Assembly (NCBI RefSeq): GCF_036321535.1
Contig: NC_087472.1
Location: 101,682,001-101,746,000, forward strand
DNA: 64,000 nucleotides
Direction: 5' to 3'
Origin: Camelus dromedarius
Taxonomy: Eukaryota
Numbering within the stretch: position 1 is the first letter of the stretch; the number at the start of each line of letters is the position of its first letter. Made by a program: the position numbers and the translations under genes. Positions 61,880-64,000 of this stretch are shown here, piece after piece. The notes below the pieces were generated by a model. It saw only the letters and a list, made by a program, of their open reading frames with translations, ran no database searches and was not told the DNA's origin.

Positions 61880-62312
61880 ACAGCAGCCACTGTCAGTGCC
61901 TCCGGTCACCCCCTCACCTTGGTACCCTGCAGCTGACTTCCAAAGGCCTCTATCTGCATCTCTGCATCTGGATTTTCTTTTCCATAACTGAGGAAGGCCA
62001 CTCTACCCACAGGTTTGCCCAGAAATGCTGGGGAATTAGCAAACCCCAGGAGTGTCTCTTAACAAATGACCCTTGGGAGGTGGAGTATAAGTACCCCAGC
62101 TCCCTCATCCCTCAGGTGGGAGCACTCTGAGCATCTCCCTTGGGATTCAGCTCTAGTGGCTCACGTTGGTAATTCACTTAATAACCCTTTCATAGCTTCA
62201 TTTTCTTCCCCATCTCCCTTCTCTAGTCTGCTGCCCGTGTTTCCTTCACCTCTCAAATAAAGTACTTCAGCCTTTGCCTCAGGGTGTGCTTCTGGAGAAC
62301 ACAAACTAAAAT
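61880..62312 (+). mobile_element. ERVL LTR16C-like solo LTR
   Basis: ggagtataagtaccccagctccctcatccctcaggtggg...tcacctctcaaataaagtactt...ctcagggtgtgcttctggagaacacaaactaaa. Confidence 0.85.
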
Positions 62313-62665
62313 GGCCACCCATAATCCACTTATGGTATCTACCATTTTGGGGCAGTAGCTACCATATGTGCAAATACTAAGGAAGAGGCTGAGAATAAGT
62401 ACCAGGAAAGATGAAAGCCAAAAACTTCAGACCCTGGTTCATCTGGACTAAGATTCTGTTCCTGACCAAAATGCACATTTAGACCTCTTCTATCATCATC
62501 CAAAATTAGACCAATGTGCCCTCAACTCCCTAATTTTTCCTCTCACAACCCCTTAAAACTTTACAATATATTATTGCACCATTTTGGGAAATTAATTTCA
62601 CATTTTCTGTTCCCAGGAAAGGGTCCCTTCCTTGACCGTTTCAGTGCCTTTTATATTTCTCATTT

Positions 62666-62893
62666 CAAAATTGTAGAATAGATAAACAAGATTACACTGT
62701 ATAGCACAGGGAAATATACACAAAATGTTATGATAACTCACAGAGAAAAAAATGTGACAATGAGTGTGTATATGTCCATGAATGACTGAAAAATTGTGCT
62801 GAACACTGGAATTTGACACAACATTGTAAAATGATTATAAATCAATAAAAAATGTTAAAAAAAATAATAATAAATAAACATAGAAAAAAAAAA
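62666..62893 (+). mobile_element. Young 5'-truncated L1 3' UTR with A-rich tail (camelid-like)
   Basis: gaatagataaacaagattacactgtatagcacagggaaatatac...gactgaaaaattgtgctgaacactggaatttgacacaacattgtaaaatgattataaatcaataaaaaatgttaaaaaaa. Confidence 0.85.
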
Positions 62894-63014
62894 CTTTGCC
62901 CATGAGACTGGGTCATTTCTTTTTTTTTAATTCTAAAAGTTGGCACTATGTAGTGGGCAGCTCTCCAAGTTCTAATCCAGCCCTGCCAAGACAAACCATG
63001 CTTTGGGAAGACAT

Positions 63015-63040
63015 GGTGTGTGCGTGTGTGTGTGTGTGTG
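63015..63040. repeat. (TG)n microsatellite, interrupted
   Basis: ggtgtgtgcgtgtgtgtgtgtgtgtg. Confidence 0.9.
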
Positions 63041-64000
63041 GACCTCAAAGTGACCCTACACACTGGCTTTAGAAGTCAAGAGCTGGGAATGCAGGAAAGA
63101 GGGCTCCTCTGCTCTTGCTCCCTCCAAGGCCCAACAAGGGAAGACTTTTCATTCCAATGCACTCTTGATACTCATGTAAACCCTCTTCTCCTTCCCAGAC
63201 AATGGACTGGAGACAGCACCTCTGCACGCCTCCCAAATGGGTGATCTGGCAAAAGTAAAAGGAGAGGACCACGTGGGCTGGGAATGAGGAGACAGCAAGA
63301 GAAATGTTCCTATTTCGGCCGGTTCCTTCATCACAGATAGTTTCTCCCTAATACACAGCCACGATGGCTACCTAACTGAGCAACACAGAGTCAGTGGGAA
63401 ATTCAAGGGAACTCAGAGCAAGACAAGGCTCGTGGACTTCATGCCCGGGGTAGTCAACCTGGGAGGGCAGATGAATGCCCAAGGCTTTCCCTAGAAAGCA
63501 GGCCTCATTGGACATCCCTCAGCTTCAGTTTCATTGCCAAGGGAATGAGCTCTTTATAAAGACATGGGAGTTGCTCTTGAGCAGGCCTGGTGGGCAGGAG
63601 TTGGGGAGGGTGACAGTCTCCTCAGAGGAGCACTCTGGGAATTTGTTCTCAGGACGGTGAAGGCTGCCATCATTTAAAGGCCACTGGGAGGCCCTGGGGA
63701 AAATGGCCTTTGGGTGGGACTGTTAGCTTGTGTTGCCCCTTCAGCCAGGCTGAGCCAGCAGAGTGGGCCACTACTGTTGAATTTGGTAGTTAAGGATCAA
63801 CATAAATTTGAGTGGCTTAAAAACTGTGATCACCTGAAAGACAGTAGGAGGCTGTGTTCCAGGAAGAGAGAAAATAAGGGAGTATTCAGCCCTCCCCAAT
63901 TTTTATGCTGAGGCCAGTGGAGCCTGTTTTCAGGCTGAAGGCTGTTTGGAGTGTTTATTTGTCTACACAGTGCTGAACCGTGTGTTGCAGTGACAGCTGG

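Noticed and set aside
1..64000. CRISPR arrays, operons or other prokaryote-type systems; host-gene identity; CTCF sites
   Set aside because: The sequence is clearly eutherian non-coding DNA with no repeat-spacer periodicity; no exon was recognised, so no gene symbol is given; CTCF-like hits had key mismatches

Overview
Mammalian non-coding genomic DNA, either intronic or intergenic. I could not support any protein-coding exon, RNA gene or CRISPR array. The listed ORFs are short, unrecognisable, and often run through repeats. The window is dominated by old eutherian interspersed repeats: MIR, L2, L1M 3' ends, MaLR MLT1 and ERVL LTR16/LTR33 solo LTRs, hAT-Charlie elements (MER5, MER20, MER3, Charlie1b-like, MER103-like) and a mariner MADE2, plus microsatellites. 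A young-looking L1 3' tail near 62.7 kb resembles the camelid L1 3' UTR, and I saw no Alu, B1/B2, Bov-tA/BovB, PRE-1, CHR, CanSINE or ERE SINEs, so a camelid source is inferred. Between repeats are repeat-poor blocks and several CpG- and motif-dense patches that look like enhancers or alternative promoters (about 0.2-0.8, 6.6, 30.7, 35.0-35.5, 44.3 and 47.2-47.4 kb). There are also small structural oddities: a perfect 15-bp hairpin, perfect 41-bp and 23-bp tandem duplications, and G4 motifs. Repeat family names come from recalled consensus sequences, and boundaries are approximate. I found no evidence for a novel multi-gene system, and the host gene could not be identified.
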